A stretch of 64,000 nucleotides of DNA from Nitrospira japonica (GTDB lineage Bacteria > Nitrospirota > Thermodesulfovibrionia > Thermodesulfovibrionales > SM23-35). Under the pieces are notes generated by a model. The model was not told the origin of the DNA and did not search any database. It saw nothing but the letters and a program-made list of their open reading frames with translations. How positions within the stretch are numbered: position 1 is the first letter of the stretch; each line of letters starts with the position of its first letter. The stretch is taken from contig DYFC01000010.1 in the NCBI GenBank assembly GCA_020725385.1, positions 33,785 to 97,784 of the forward strand, written 5' to 3'. A program made the translations under genes and the position numbers. Below, one piece after another: positions 22,192 to 31,586 of the stretch.

Positions 22192-23430
22192 CTAGTATAT
22201 AGGAAATCTTTCGCAGAGTGATTCAACTCTGAGTCTGAGAGAATTTATTGCAGATTCATTTTTACTGTTATGAATTACAGATGTAATAATATCAGCAATC
22301 TCTGCCATTTCAGGCTCACCCATTCCTCTGGTTGTAACGCAAGGTGTTCCAAGCCTTATTCCGCTTGTTATAGTAGCTGACCTTTGATCATACGGAATTA
22401 CATTCTTATTTACAGTAATTCTTGCAATGCTTAAAGCCTCTTCAGCTTCTTTACCTGTGATATTTTTATTATTCAGGTCTATGAGCATAAGATGATTATC
22501 GGTTCCACCTGAAATAATGTTAAACCCATTTTTTAAAAGTTCATCAGCAAGTTTTCTTGCATTTCTGACAACCATTGATTGATAATCCTTAAATTCAGGC
22601 GCCATTGCTTCTTTAAGAGCAACTGCCTTTGCAGCAATTACATGAACAAGCGGGCCGCCCTGTATTCCAGGAAAAATTGTTTTATCTATTACTTTTGCAT
22701 ATTCACCTTTACATAAAATCAACCCTCCCCTCGGTCCTCTGAGAGTTTTATGAGTTGTTGTTGTAACAAAATCAGCATAGGGGACAGGAGATGGATGCAA
22801 ACCTGCTGCAACAAGTCCTGCAATATGTGCTATATCAGCCATCAAATAAGCTCCAGCCTCTTTGGCTATATTTGAGAAAATTTCAAAATCAATTATTCTT
22901 GAATATGCACTTGCACCAACAAGTAGTATCTTTGGTTTATTTTCAATTGCCAGACGTCTAACTTCTTCATAATCAATCATCCCGGTTTCTTTGTTGACAC
23001 CATAAAAAACTGTTTTATAAAAAATACCGGAAAAGTTTACCGACGCTCCGTGTGACAGATGTCCTCCGTGGCTAAGGCTCATGCTCAGTATTGTATCCCC
23101 TGGTTTTAATACAGAGAAAAACACAGCCATGTTAGCCTGAGACCCTGAATGAGGCTGAACATTGACATGTTCTGCATTAAAAAGCTGTTTTGCTCTTTCT
23201 TTTGCAAGGTTTTCTACTACATCAGCATATTCACAGCCACCATAATATCTTTTACCGGGATAGCCTTCAGCGTACTTATTCGTAAAAACCGAGCCCTGTA
23301 TTTCCATAACAGCTTTGCTTGCATAATTCTCAGAAGCAATAAGCACAATGTTCTTTCTTTCCCTTTCGATTTCGTTTTGGACAGCTTCATAAACATCAGG
23401 GTCTGTTAATCTCAAGTTTTCAAATATCAT
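22192..23430 (-). CDS. glyA: Serine hydroxymethyltransferase
   Basis: [30 protein letters not shown]. Confidence 0.98.
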   Translation of the reverse strand: MIFENLRLTDPDVYEAVQNEIERERKNIVLIASENYASKAVMEIQGSVFTNKYAEGYPGKRYYGGCEYADVVENLAKERAKQLFNAEHVNVQPHSGSQANMAVFFSVLKPGDTILSMSLSHGGHLSHGASVNFSGIFYKTVFYGVNKETGMIDYEEVRRLAIENKPKILLVGASAYSRIIDFEIFSNIAKEAGAYLMADIAHIAGLVAAGLHPSPVPYADFVTTTTHKTLRGPRGGLILCKGEYAKVIDKTIFPGIQGGPLVHVIAAKAVALKEAMAPEFKDYQSMVVRNARKLADELLKNGFNIISGGTDNHLMLIDLNNKNITGKEAEEALSIARITVNKNVIPYDQRSATITSGIRLGTPCVTTRGMGEPEMAEIADIITSVIHNSKNESAINSLRLRVESLCERFPIY

Positions 23431-23878
23431 TTTTTACTAATCTTTCCTCTATTTTTTGAATTTTTTCAAGACGCCTGCAGTGTCTATCTCCTTCAAAAGG
23501 AGTGCTCACCCAGGTTTTAACTATTTCTCTTGCAAGATCTTTTCCTATTATTCTGCCACCCATCACAAGAATATTTGCGTCATTATGTAATCTGCTCATT
23601 TTTGCAGTAAAAAGATCATTACATAACGATGCTCTAACACCCGGAAATTTATTTGCTACAATAGACATACCAATACCTGTACCGCATATCAGTATGCCTT
23701 TCTCAATTTTACCAGAGGATATTGCATCCGAAACTTTTTCACCAAAATCAGGATAATCAACTGAAGTACTGGTATCAGTTCCAAAGTCAATATAATTTAT
23801 CCGGAGTTCATTCAATAGTGAGAGAATCTCTCTTTTGAGTTCTATCCCAGCATGATCACAGCCAATAGCAATAGTCAT
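23420..23878 (-). CDS. rpiB: Ribose-5-phosphate isomerase B
   Basis: GCDHAG, CGTGIG, HNDAN. Confidence 0.96.
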   Translation of the reverse strand: MTIAIGCDHAGIELKREILSLLNELRINYIDFGTDTSTSVDYPDFGEKVSDAISSGKIEKGILICGTGIGMSIVANKFPGVRASLCNDLFTAKMSRLHNDANILVMGGRIIGKDLAREIVKTWVSTPFEGDRHCRRLEKIQKIEERLVKNDI

Positions 23879-23953
23879 TTTTTTACCCGAAAATTAGAAT
23901 ATCTTAATATTATCTGACAGATTCTTGTTAAGTCAAGAATACATGTTTTACAA

Positions 23954-24088
23954 CAGCAATTCACAGCAAATTTTGAAAGCTTCAAGATTTCTCGATTTGC
24001 TCGAAATGACAATAAAGAAGGTTCGCCTTGTCATTCCGAAGAAGTATAAGCAACTGAGGAATCTTGCATCCTTTTCACCAAGAATACA
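23954..24088 (+). mobile_element. ~136-bp MITE/REP-like element, right end degenerate
   Basis: Closely matches 14676-14812 along its whole length. Confidence 0.8.
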
Positions 24089-24092
24089 TATC

Positions 24093-25649
24093 TTACACTT
24101 TCTTTTTTATATCTATGCGGGGGAAAAGAGCAGGACCTTTTGAGATTTTTTGTCCTGGTCTGAGTATTCCCCAGTTTGCGTGCTTATTTAAATCCAGTTT
24201 TGAAATATCACCTTCTAAAGAAAGTTGATTATATATTTTTTGGGCTGTATCAGGCATAAAAGGGAAAAGTGCTATAGCTATTAAACGAATTGATTCAACA
24301 AATGTATAAAGTATATTAGAAAGTGTATCCTGATCTTCTTCCTTCCATGGCGCAGCATTCTGGATATATTCATTTACATCATTTATAACCGACCATATTA
24401 AAGCAAGAATATTGTGAAATTCAAGATATTTAAAATGGTTATCAATCTTTGAAAATAGATTTTCTTCTGAACCTTGAAACCGCGCCTTCACTTTCTTTTC
24501 AAGTTCTTCCCTGTCCTGTTCCTCTACTGGAGAAGGAATTATTCCATCTCTATATTTCTCGACCATTGTCAAAGAACGGCTTAGAAGATTTCCAAGGTCA
24601 TTGGCAAGATCTGTGTTAAATCTCTGGGTTATAGCATGTTCGGAAAAATCACCATCGAGTCCGAAAGTAACCTCCCTGAAAAGAAAATATCTGAAGGCGT
24701 CAGAGCCGAATCTTTCTGCTATATCATGCGGGTCAACAACATTACCAAGAGACTTGGACATCTTTTTCCCTTCGATAGTCCACCAGCCGTGCGCAAAAAT
24801 ATTACCGGGTAATGGAAGGTCAAGTGCCATTAGCATTGCAGACCAGTATATTGCATGGGTTGTTAGTATATCTTTCCCAATCAGGTGATGATCGGCTGGC
24901 CACCATATGTCTGAATCCGGAGCAAGATATTTTGTTGCTGAATAATAATTTGTTAGTGCATCAAACCATACATAAGTTACAAAATTGTCATCAAATGGTA
25001 ATGGCACTCCCCATGCAAGTCTTTGTTTTGGTCTTGATATGCAAAGGTCACCCAAAACATTATTTTTCAGAAAACCAAGAACTTCATTGCGTCTTGTCTC
25101 CGGCAGTATATAATATGGATTATCTTCTATATATTTAATTAACCTTTCCTGATATTTTGACATTAAAAAGAAATAATTTTCTTCCGTAATCTTTTCAACT
25201 GGTCTTTTACAGTCAGGGCATTTACCTTCTTCTACTTCTTTTTCTGTCCAGAAGCGTTCGTCGGGGACACAGTACCAGCCTGAATATAGTCTTTTTTCAA
25301 TTTCACCTTTATTGTATAATTCCTGAAGCACCTGTTTTACAACCTCTTTATGTTCTATGTCAGTAGTACGTATAAAAGCATCATATTTTATATTAAGCTT
25401 TACCCAGAGTTTCTTGAAATTTTCAACCATTAAATCAGCATGTTCTTTTGGAGAGAGACCTTTATCTTTAGCTGCTTTTTCTACCTTTTGGCCATGCTCA
25501 TCAGTACCTGTAAGGAAAAAGACTTTTCTGCCTCTTAATCTGTTATATCTTGCAAGTATATCAGCAGCGACTGTTGTATATACATGTCCTATATGCGGAA
25601 CATCATTTACATAATATATTGGAGTTGTTACATAAAATTTATTTTCCAT
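24093..25649 (-). CDS. metG: Methionyl-tRNA synthetase, short form without the C-terminal tRNA-binding domain
   Basis: YVTTPIYY, HIGH, KMSKS; likely start MENKF at 25649. Confidence 0.95.
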   Translation of the reverse strand: MENKFYVTTPIYYVNDVPHIGHVYTTVAADILARYNRLRGRKVFFLTGTDEHGQKVEKAAKDKGLSPKEHADLMVENFKKLWVKLNIKYDAFIRTTDIEHKEVVKQVLQELYNKGEIEKRLYSGWYCVPDERFWTEKEVEEGKCPDCKRPVEKITEENYFFLMSKYQERLIKYIEDNPYYILPETRRNEVLGFLKNNVLGDLCISRPKQRLAWGVPLPFDDNFVTYVWFDALTNYYSATKYLAPDSDIWWPADHHLIGKDILTTHAIYWSAMLMALDLPLPGNIFAHGWWTIEGKKMSKSLGNVVDPHDIAERFGSDAFRYFLFREVTFGLDGDFSEHAITQRFNTDLANDLGNLLSRSLTMVEKYRDGIIPSPVEEQDREELEKKVKARFQGSEENLFSKIDNHFKYLEFHNILALIWSVINDVNEYIQNAAPWKEEDQDTLSNILYTFVESIRLIAIALFPFMPDTAQKIYNQLSLEGDISKLDLNKHANWGILRPGQKISKGPALFPRIDIKKKV

Positions 25650-26547
25650 CTTGTTGGTTATCCTTTTTTCTGTGAAATCTTCTTTTTTTCCTCTTTGGAT
25701 GCCATCTTCTATATTGTTCTCTTTGCTCATCAGGTTTTTGCTCCGAGTCAGTTTTAAGTTCCTGTTTATTATTCACTAAAGTTTCTTCATTTATCTCAGG
25801 CTCATAAATTTGCTCACTCGAAACTACGACAACTTCTTCATTATCATTTTCTTCAATCAATGTGATTTCTTCCTCGATATTTTCTGTTTTTAAAGAAACA
25901 TCCTCTGTGTAAGTTTCTGAATATTCGTATCCAAGACAGCACATCAATCTTCCGCACACACCTGATAGTTTTCCTGTATTAAGTACAAGTTCCTGTTTTT
26001 TTGCCATTTTAATTGAAATAGGTTCAAAGTTTATTAAAAATTTTTTACAACATAATTCTCTCCCGCATATCCCGAGACTTCCGATAATCCTTGCTCCGTC
26101 CCTAACTCCTATCTGCCTCATTTCTATTCTTGTTTTAAATCTCGAAGCAAGGTCCTTAACAAGTTCTCTAAAGTCTATTCTTTTTTCAGCAGTGAAATAG
26201 AAGATTATTCTTTTCCTGTCAAGCGTTGATTCTGTAGCAATGAGTTTCATTGGAAGTCCTCTTGCCATTATTCTTTCAAGACAGAATAATTTTGCTTCTG
26301 CTTCGAGACCTTTGTTTTCTTCCTGCTGGGCAATGTCTTCTTCTGTTACTTTTCTAATTATTTTTTTAAGATTGTGTTCTGAGTCTTCAATTGTGCGTCT
26401 TTCTGTAACAACACTGCCTATATTAAGACCGAGTTCAGATTCCACAACTACAAGATCGCCCCTGTTTATCTCAACTCCGTTTACCTCAAAATCGTATATT
26501 TTCCCGCATGGTTTAAATCTAACACCAATAACATCAGGCATTATCAA
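25639..26547 (-). CDS. ricT: PSP1/RicT (YaaT)-family Fe-S protein
   Basis: RIDFRELVKDL, CGRELCC, CGRLMCCL; conserved tmk-holB-ricT-metG order. Confidence 0.88.
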   Translation of the reverse strand: MIMPDVIGVRFKPCGKIYDFEVNGVEINRGDLVVVESELGLNIGSVVTERRTIEDSEHNLKKIIRKVTEEDIAQQEENKGLEAEAKLFCLERIMARGLPMKLIATESTLDRKRIIFYFTAEKRIDFRELVKDLASRFKTRIEMRQIGVRDGARIIGSLGICGRELCCKKFLINFEPISIKMAKKQELVLNTGKLSGVCGRLMCCLGYEYSETYTEDVSLKTENIEEEITLIEENDNEEVVVVSSEQIYEPEINEETLVNNKQELKTDSEQKPDEQREQYRRWHPKRKKRRFHRKKDNQQDGK

Positions 26548-27586
26548 AATCCATCCTTGTTCTTAAAAGTAAACCTGTATAGTTCCATGTAAGAGATTTA
26601 TTAAGATTATAACGCAAATATCCTTTTAATCTACTCATTTGCTGATAGATTTCTATTATAACCTTTAAGTTCATAGTTCTGCTTAATTTTTCTATATAGT
26701 CCTTCAAATCAATATTAATCATCCAATTTCCATCTTTCTTAACCTTTAAAAGAGCCATATCTCTAAGTAATACTAAGAATATTTCAAACCATCTTTCCAT
26801 CTCCTCACGGGAACTCCATCCATCTTTTTCAGCATTTAACATATCTTCTAATAAATCAATAAACCATTTGCGTTCTTCGACAAGATTAACCGTTACTGCA
26901 TATCCTGGTTTTCCCATAGCAAGCCTTGAAATTATTTCTAACATATCAATTTCAGATAATTTATTATCTGCATTTTTCACTTTAGATGTTTTTGAAGATA
27001 TTTTACTAACATTATATTTATTTCCCATAACCTTTTTAATCACTTTTAAACATTCATTAGATGATAATGGAGCAAAGTTAACCCTGCAACATCTTGATCT
27101 TATAGTATCCGGTAATAATTCAGGCATGGATGACACAAGTATTATAAGACTGTTTTCTGGAGGCTCTTCGAGTGTTTTTAAAAAGGCATTTGCTGCTGAT
27201 TGATTCATATCCTCCGCATTATCGATTATTACAATTTTATATTGACCTTCGTAAGCTTTTAGTGATAATGCTTCTTCAATAGACCTGATTTCCTCAATTT
27301 TTATTTGATTTCCTTCTGATTCAATCATAAGGAAATCCGGATGTATTCCTTTTTCTATTTTCTGACATGAAGAACATTCATCGCAAGCATCATAAAAAAG
27401 ACTATTGTTATTACTTCTTTTTTCAGAAATACAATTAAGAGCCTTAGCAAGATTTAAGGCAGTAAATTTTTTGCCTATACCTGACTCACCTGAAAAAAGA
27501 TATGTTGATGGAATTTTACCCTTTTCTATAGTTCTTAATAGTATGTTTATAGCCTTGTCTTGTCCGATTACATCTTTTAATGCCAT
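26534..27586 (-). CDS. holB: DNA polymerase III delta-prime subunit
   Basis: YLFSGESGIGK, HPDF, NAFLKTLEEP, TIRSRC. Confidence 0.93.
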   Translation of the reverse strand: MALKDVIGQDKAINILLRTIEKGKIPSTYLFSGESGIGKKFTALNLAKALNCISEKRSNNNSLFYDACDECSSCQKIEKGIHPDFLMIESEGNQIKIEEIRSIEEALSLKAYEGQYKIVIIDNAEDMNQSAANAFLKTLEEPPENSLIILVSSMPELLPDTIRSRCCRVNFAPLSSNECLKVIKKVMGNKYNVSKISSKTSKVKNADNKLSEIDMLEIISRLAMGKPGYAVTVNLVEERKWFIDLLEDMLNAEKDGWSSREEMERWFEIFLVLLRDMALLKVKKDGNWMINIDLKDYIEKLSRTMNLKVIIEIYQQMSRLKGYLRYNLNKSLTWNYTGLLLRTRMDFDNA

Positions 27587-27604
27587 ATTCTCTCCAGACT
27601 ATAT

Positions 27605-28237
27605 TTATAAACCATGCTGACTAATATAATTCGTAATTATAGAAATAACTTTTTCATAAACTCTATTATGTTCCAAGGATGCATCAACAATCTTTATTCT
27701 ATCAGGTTCTTTTTCAGCAAGCGCAAGATACCCTGCTCGAACCTTTTTATGAAACTCTATATCTTCAAGCTCAAGTCTGTCAATCTTATTTATACCTTTA
27801 TTTCTCATTAGCCCTATCTCTACATCAAGGTCAAGGAGAAACGTAATGTTAGGTCTTAAGTTATTTGTTGCAATTGAATCAATACTGTCAAGCAAATTTA
27901 GACTTATACCTCTTCCATAGCCCTGATAAGCATAGGTTGAATCAGTGAACCGGTCTGTAATAACAAAAGCACCACGATTCAATGCTGGCATAATTAGTTC
28001 ATGAATATGCTGAGCCCTTGCAGCATTGTATAGAAGAAGTTCTGTCACATGAGTCATATTTTTATTATCCAAGGAAAGAAGAATTTCACGTATTTTCAGG
28101 CTTATAGGAGTCCCTCCAGGCTCTGCTGTAAGTACAGTTTCATATCCTTTTTCAGATAAATATTTTGAGAGTAAAGAAGCCTGGGTTGATTTCCCTGAGC
28201 CTTCAATTCCCTCAAAAGATATAAATATTCCTTTCAA
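27605..28237 (-). CDS. tmk: Thymidylate kinase
   Basis: FEGIEGSGKST, DRFTDSTYAYQG. Confidence 0.97.
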   Translation of the reverse strand: MKGIFISFEGIEGSGKSTQASLLSKYLSEKGYETVLTAEPGGTPISLKIREILLSLDNKNMTHVTELLLYNAARAQHIHELIMPALNRGAFVITDRFTDSTYAYQGYGRGISLNLLDSIDSIATNNLRPNITFLLDLDVEIGLMRNKGINKIDRLELEDIEFHKKVRAGYLALAEKEPDRIKIVDASLEHNRVYEKVISIITNYISQHGL

Positions 28238-28272
28238 TTATTGTCCTTTCTTCAATATTTTTTAAAAACCAG

Positions 28273-28407
28273 CAGCAATTCACGGTGAAAGAAGGCAAGA
28301 TTCTTCAGTCGCTTATACTCCTTTGGAATGACAAGGGGAACCCCTTCAATGTCATTCCGGGCAAAGAGAGGAATCTCAAAGCTTTACAAAATCACCATGA
28401 ATTGCTC
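28273..28407 (-). mobile_element. ~136-bp MITE/REP-like element, reverse orientation
   Basis: TIRs CAGCAATTCACGGT/ACCATGAATTGCTC; reverse complement matches the 14676 copy. Confidence 0.8.
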
Positions 28408-28607
28408 GAAAATCATTTAACTACCGAATAATTCACATTTATTATGTTAACCTAAAAATTCAAACATTTCTCAAAATTTATTTGACCCGATGATTATATT
28501 TTAGCTTAAAGATTATAAATCTATGGCTTTGCAGAGGCTAACTTTAATTTTTTCATAAAAACACAGTTGCACAAATAATCTTTAAAATGTTATTTTATTT
28601 ACTCTAT

Positions 28608-28682
28608 AGGCGCGTAGCTCAGTGGGAGAGCGCTTCCTTGACGCGGAAGAGGCCAAGGGTTCAATCCCCTTCGCGCCTACCA
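28608..28682 (+). tRNA. tRNA-Val(GAC)
   Basis: Acceptor stem AGGCGCG/CGCGCCT, anticodon arm CTTCC-TTGACGC-GGAAG, GGTTCAATCC T arm, encoded CCA. Confidence 0.95.
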
Positions 28683-28693
28683 TTTAATAGATA

Positions 28694-29371
28694 TCAATGT
28701 ACTTTATTTAAGAATTTCTCAATTATATCAGCATCTTCATTACTTATATCCGTAAATTTTATTCCATAGTAATTCATTTCCTCATTTTCTTTTTTCTCAA
28801 GAGTCCTTACAATTTCGGCTTCTACTGATATCTTTCTCGATTCAGGGATGCTTAAATTACACAAAATTAAGTCTCCTTCTGAAAGCAAAGCTTTCGTATT
28901 TATTAACATACCCGATGTGCTTATATTCTCTGTATATGCTATAATACTTTTTCTTCTAAAATTACCTTCAATTTTTAATTTAACAGGTATTCTGCATGAT
29001 TTTCTTTGTGCAATATTAAGAAGCTGGTGCATCTCTTGAAGCAAAATTGCACTATTTATAGGGTATGTTAAGAATGTATTTGCCTGACATTTTAAGCAAC
29101 GCTGGCGGTGTAATTTTGTGTTTGAGCATAAAATAATAATAGATACTTTATTTAGCTCTTTATCATTTCGTATGAGGGAGCAAAGTGTTTCTCCGCTCAT
29201 ACTTTTGGAGTCAAGATACGTGACTATGAGATCTGCTTTTTCAGTTTTATGTATTAAGAGAACATGCTTATTTGATAAAGATATATATTTTTTTATATCT
29301 TCTCTATCAAGGAAACTCTGTTCTTTTTCGAGTTCCTTATTTATTTTTTTATCAATAATAATTTTTTTCAT
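28694..29371 (-). CDS. Degenerate receiver domain fused to a PilZ domain
   Basis: RKSCR and NISTSG PilZ motifs; receiver-like N-terminus with no obvious phosphoacceptor Asp. Confidence 0.75.
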   Translation of the reverse strand: MKKIIIDKKINKELEKEQSFLDREDIKKYISLSNKHVLLIHKTEKADLIVTYLDSKSMSGETLCSLIRNDKELNKVSIIILCSNTKLHRQRCLKCQANTFLTYPINSAILLQEMHQLLNIAQRKSCRIPVKLKIEGNFRRKSIIAYTENISTSGMLINTKALLSEGDLILCNLSIPESRKISVEAEIVRTLEKKENEEMNYYGIKFTDISNEDADIIEKFLNKVH

Positions 29372-29490
29372 CTGGCTTTTATACCAGTATATATTATCAG
29401 TCCTTAAGAGTAAAGTACCAAAGAGAGCAAAAAGCATAGATTAGTTTTCTACTTGGGAAGTAACTATTAAAGTATTTGAAAGGAAATTAT

Positions 29491-30729
29491 ATGAAAAAAA
29501 GTTATGCAACAAATGATAAACATATTGTTATAAATGAAAGATCTTTAGTTGCTGTAGAATTTACTATTGAATGGAAAAGTTTTTATGCCTGCCATACTGA
29601 CTGCTTCTATACAAGGAATCTTAATTTATGGAGAGATTTACTTCCAGAAAATATTCACAAATCACTTATAGGTAAATATTCGGAGCTGACACTTAATTTT
29701 CAGTGTAATGAATTTTTCAAATTCTGCGAATTCGATGATAATTTGCTTTTTGAGATAAACCAGAAGCAATTTGATAGAAAATGTTTTTTCCCTCTTGAAA
29801 TTGTTCCACAATCAGGCAGATTTTACCCTAAAGGAATTTTAAAAGGTCTCCAAAACATATTCAAAGGAAATCAGGAACCTTTTAGATGTGTTAGTTACGA
29901 TGAATCAAACATTATTGTTGACTTTAATCATCCGCTCTCGGGATTGCACCCAAAACTTTCTATGTTTATTCATGAGATTAGAACTAAATCAGGTGAAACA
30001 GGGGGAGAATGTACAGATTGGATCGAAACAATCATTAACGGTCCAGGAATGCAGGCTCGCTGGAATGAAACTCCAACAGATTTTTTCAAAGACAATCCTT
30101 TTTCAAGAACCGATGAAAATAACGATACGCTTTTTTACGAAAAACCTCGTTTTACATCACATGTAGATAAAAAAGCCCGGTCAATAATTTCAGGGATATA
30201 TGGAAATATCTTAAAAGACGGAATGAAAGTTCTTGACCTTATGAGTAGCTGGCAATCCCACGTGCCGGGGCATGTTGAACTCGATTCTTTGATAGGAATC
30301 GGGTTGAACAAAGAAGAGATGGAATTAAACTTTCAACTTAATGAACATATTGTCTATGATTTAAATCGAACCCCTGTTTTGCCTTTTAGAGACTCTGAAT
30401 TTGATTCTGTCATCTGCTCATTATCAATTGAATATCTAACAAAACCATTCGAAATTTTTAAGGAAATTGCAAGGATTTTGAAACCGGGTGGATATTTTAT
30501 TACAACATTTTCTAATAGATGGTTTCCGCCTAAGGTTATAAGAATATGGACAGAACTTTATGAGTTTGAACGAATGGGACTTGTTCTTGAATATTTCATA
30601 AGAACCGGTAAATTCAAAAATCTTCATACTTATTCAATGAGAGGACTTCCCAGAGCATGGGATGACAAATATTTCCCTGAGTTCCCTCTATCAGACCCTA
30701 TATATGCAGTATGGGGAATGAGAGGTTAA
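29491..30729 (+). CDS. Class I SAM-dependent methyltransferase with an FKBP-like N-terminal region
   Basis: VDFNHPLSG; VLDLMSSWQSH; ILKPGG...FSNRWFPPK. Confidence 0.78.
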   Translation: MKKSYATNDKHIVINERSLVAVEFTIEWKSFYACHTDCFYTRNLNLWRDLLPENIHKSLIGKYSELTLNFQCNEFFKFCEFDDNLLFEINQKQFDRKCFFPLEIVPQSGRFYPKGILKGLQNIFKGNQEPFRCVSYDESNIIVDFNHPLSGLHPKLSMFIHEIRTKSGETGGECTDWIETIINGPGMQARWNETPTDFFKDNPFSRTDENNDTLFYEKPRFTSHVDKKARSIISGIYGNILKDGMKVLDLMSSWQSHVPGHVELDSLIGIGLNKEEMELNFQLNEHIVYDLNRTPVLPFRDSEFDSVICSLSIEYLTKPFEIFKEIARILKPGGYFITTFSNRWFPPKVIRIWTELYEFERMGLVLEYFIRTGKFKNLHTYSMRGLPRAWDDKYFPEFPLSDPIYAVWGMRG

Positions 30730-30743
30730 TGTACATATCTTAT

Positions 30744-31469
30744 CTATTCAATGCGCACGAATTTTTCTTTTGCAACCATCCGGATAAGATTCTCTGATGC
30801 AGCCTCAAGACTAATCTTGTCAAGGGATTCCATGGTAACCATCACAGAATATTCCAGATTATCGAGTACAGGATAGGAACCTATCTTAACGGTCTTAAAT
30901 CTTTTCACAATATCATTAAGCAAAGGAGCAACTGTTGATTCTGATTCATTAAGATATATCTTTTTTAAATGTACAACAGGTTCATTGAAAAGCTTTTCTA
31001 TTGCAAAGAATTTTTTTCTTAGAAGCTGGGGAATACCCGGAAGAATATAAACGTTTAAAAACTTTATTAAAGGGAAAGTTAAGTTATTGTCATTTATAAG
31101 TTCAGCACCTTCAGGAACTTCAGCCATTTTGAGTTGTTCTGGAGATAATTTGCCTAATTTCAACTCGAGAAATGCTTTTAGAGTTGGATCTATCACTGTT
31201 CTAACATTGAAAGCTCTAGAAATGCCTTCTATTGTTACGTCATCATGAGTAGGACCGATTCCACCTGATGTGAAGACAAAATCGTATTTTTTTGAGAATT
31301 CTCTCACCTCATTTGCAATTTCATCTACATTATCCGGAATTATAGAAATACGGCTTAACTGAATTCCGTGAGCCCATAATTCCTGAGCCATAAAAAAGGA
31401 ATTGTAGTCCTGAACCTTTCCTGTGAGTATCTCGTCTCCGATTATTATTATGCCTGCTGTTTTAGCCAT
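30744..31469 (-). CDS. CinA-N / molybdopterin-binding-domain protein
   Basis: IIGDEILTG, TSGGIGPTHDDVT, LPGIP. Confidence 0.88.
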   Translation of the reverse strand: MAKTAGIIIIGDEILTGKVQDYNSFFMAQELWAHGIQLSRISIIPDNVDEIANEVREFSKKYDFVFTSGGIGPTHDDVTIEGISRAFNVRTVIDPTLKAFLELKLGKLSPEQLKMAEVPEGAELINDNNLTFPLIKFLNVYILPGIPQLLRKKFFAIEKLFNEPVVHLKKIYLNESESTVAPLLNDIVKRFKTVKIGSYPVLDNLEYSVMVTMESLDKISLEAASENLIRMVAKEKFVRIE

Positions 31470-31531
31470 CTTATATGTAATTATCTATTATTTATCAAAG
31501 TAGTGCAATCGTTTTTTAAAGAATTTTAAAT

Positions 31532-31563
31532 AAAAAAGGCAGGATTTGGGATTACCCTGCCTT
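31532..31563 (-). terminator. Rho-independent terminator of the rSAM / Cys-rich operon
   Basis: Minus strand AAGGCAGG-loop-CCTGCCTT followed by a T run, 24 bp after the stop at 31587. Confidence 0.75.
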
Positions 31564-31586
31564 CAAAGAATTTTATTATTTTTAAC

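Noticed and set aside
23925-24143. 72-aa ORF between rpiB and metG
   Set aside because: It is a reading frame through the MITE copy.
28608-28682. tRNA-Val as an island attachment site
   Set aside because: No duplicated tRNA 3' end or integrase found; the accessory array starts about 6 kb away.
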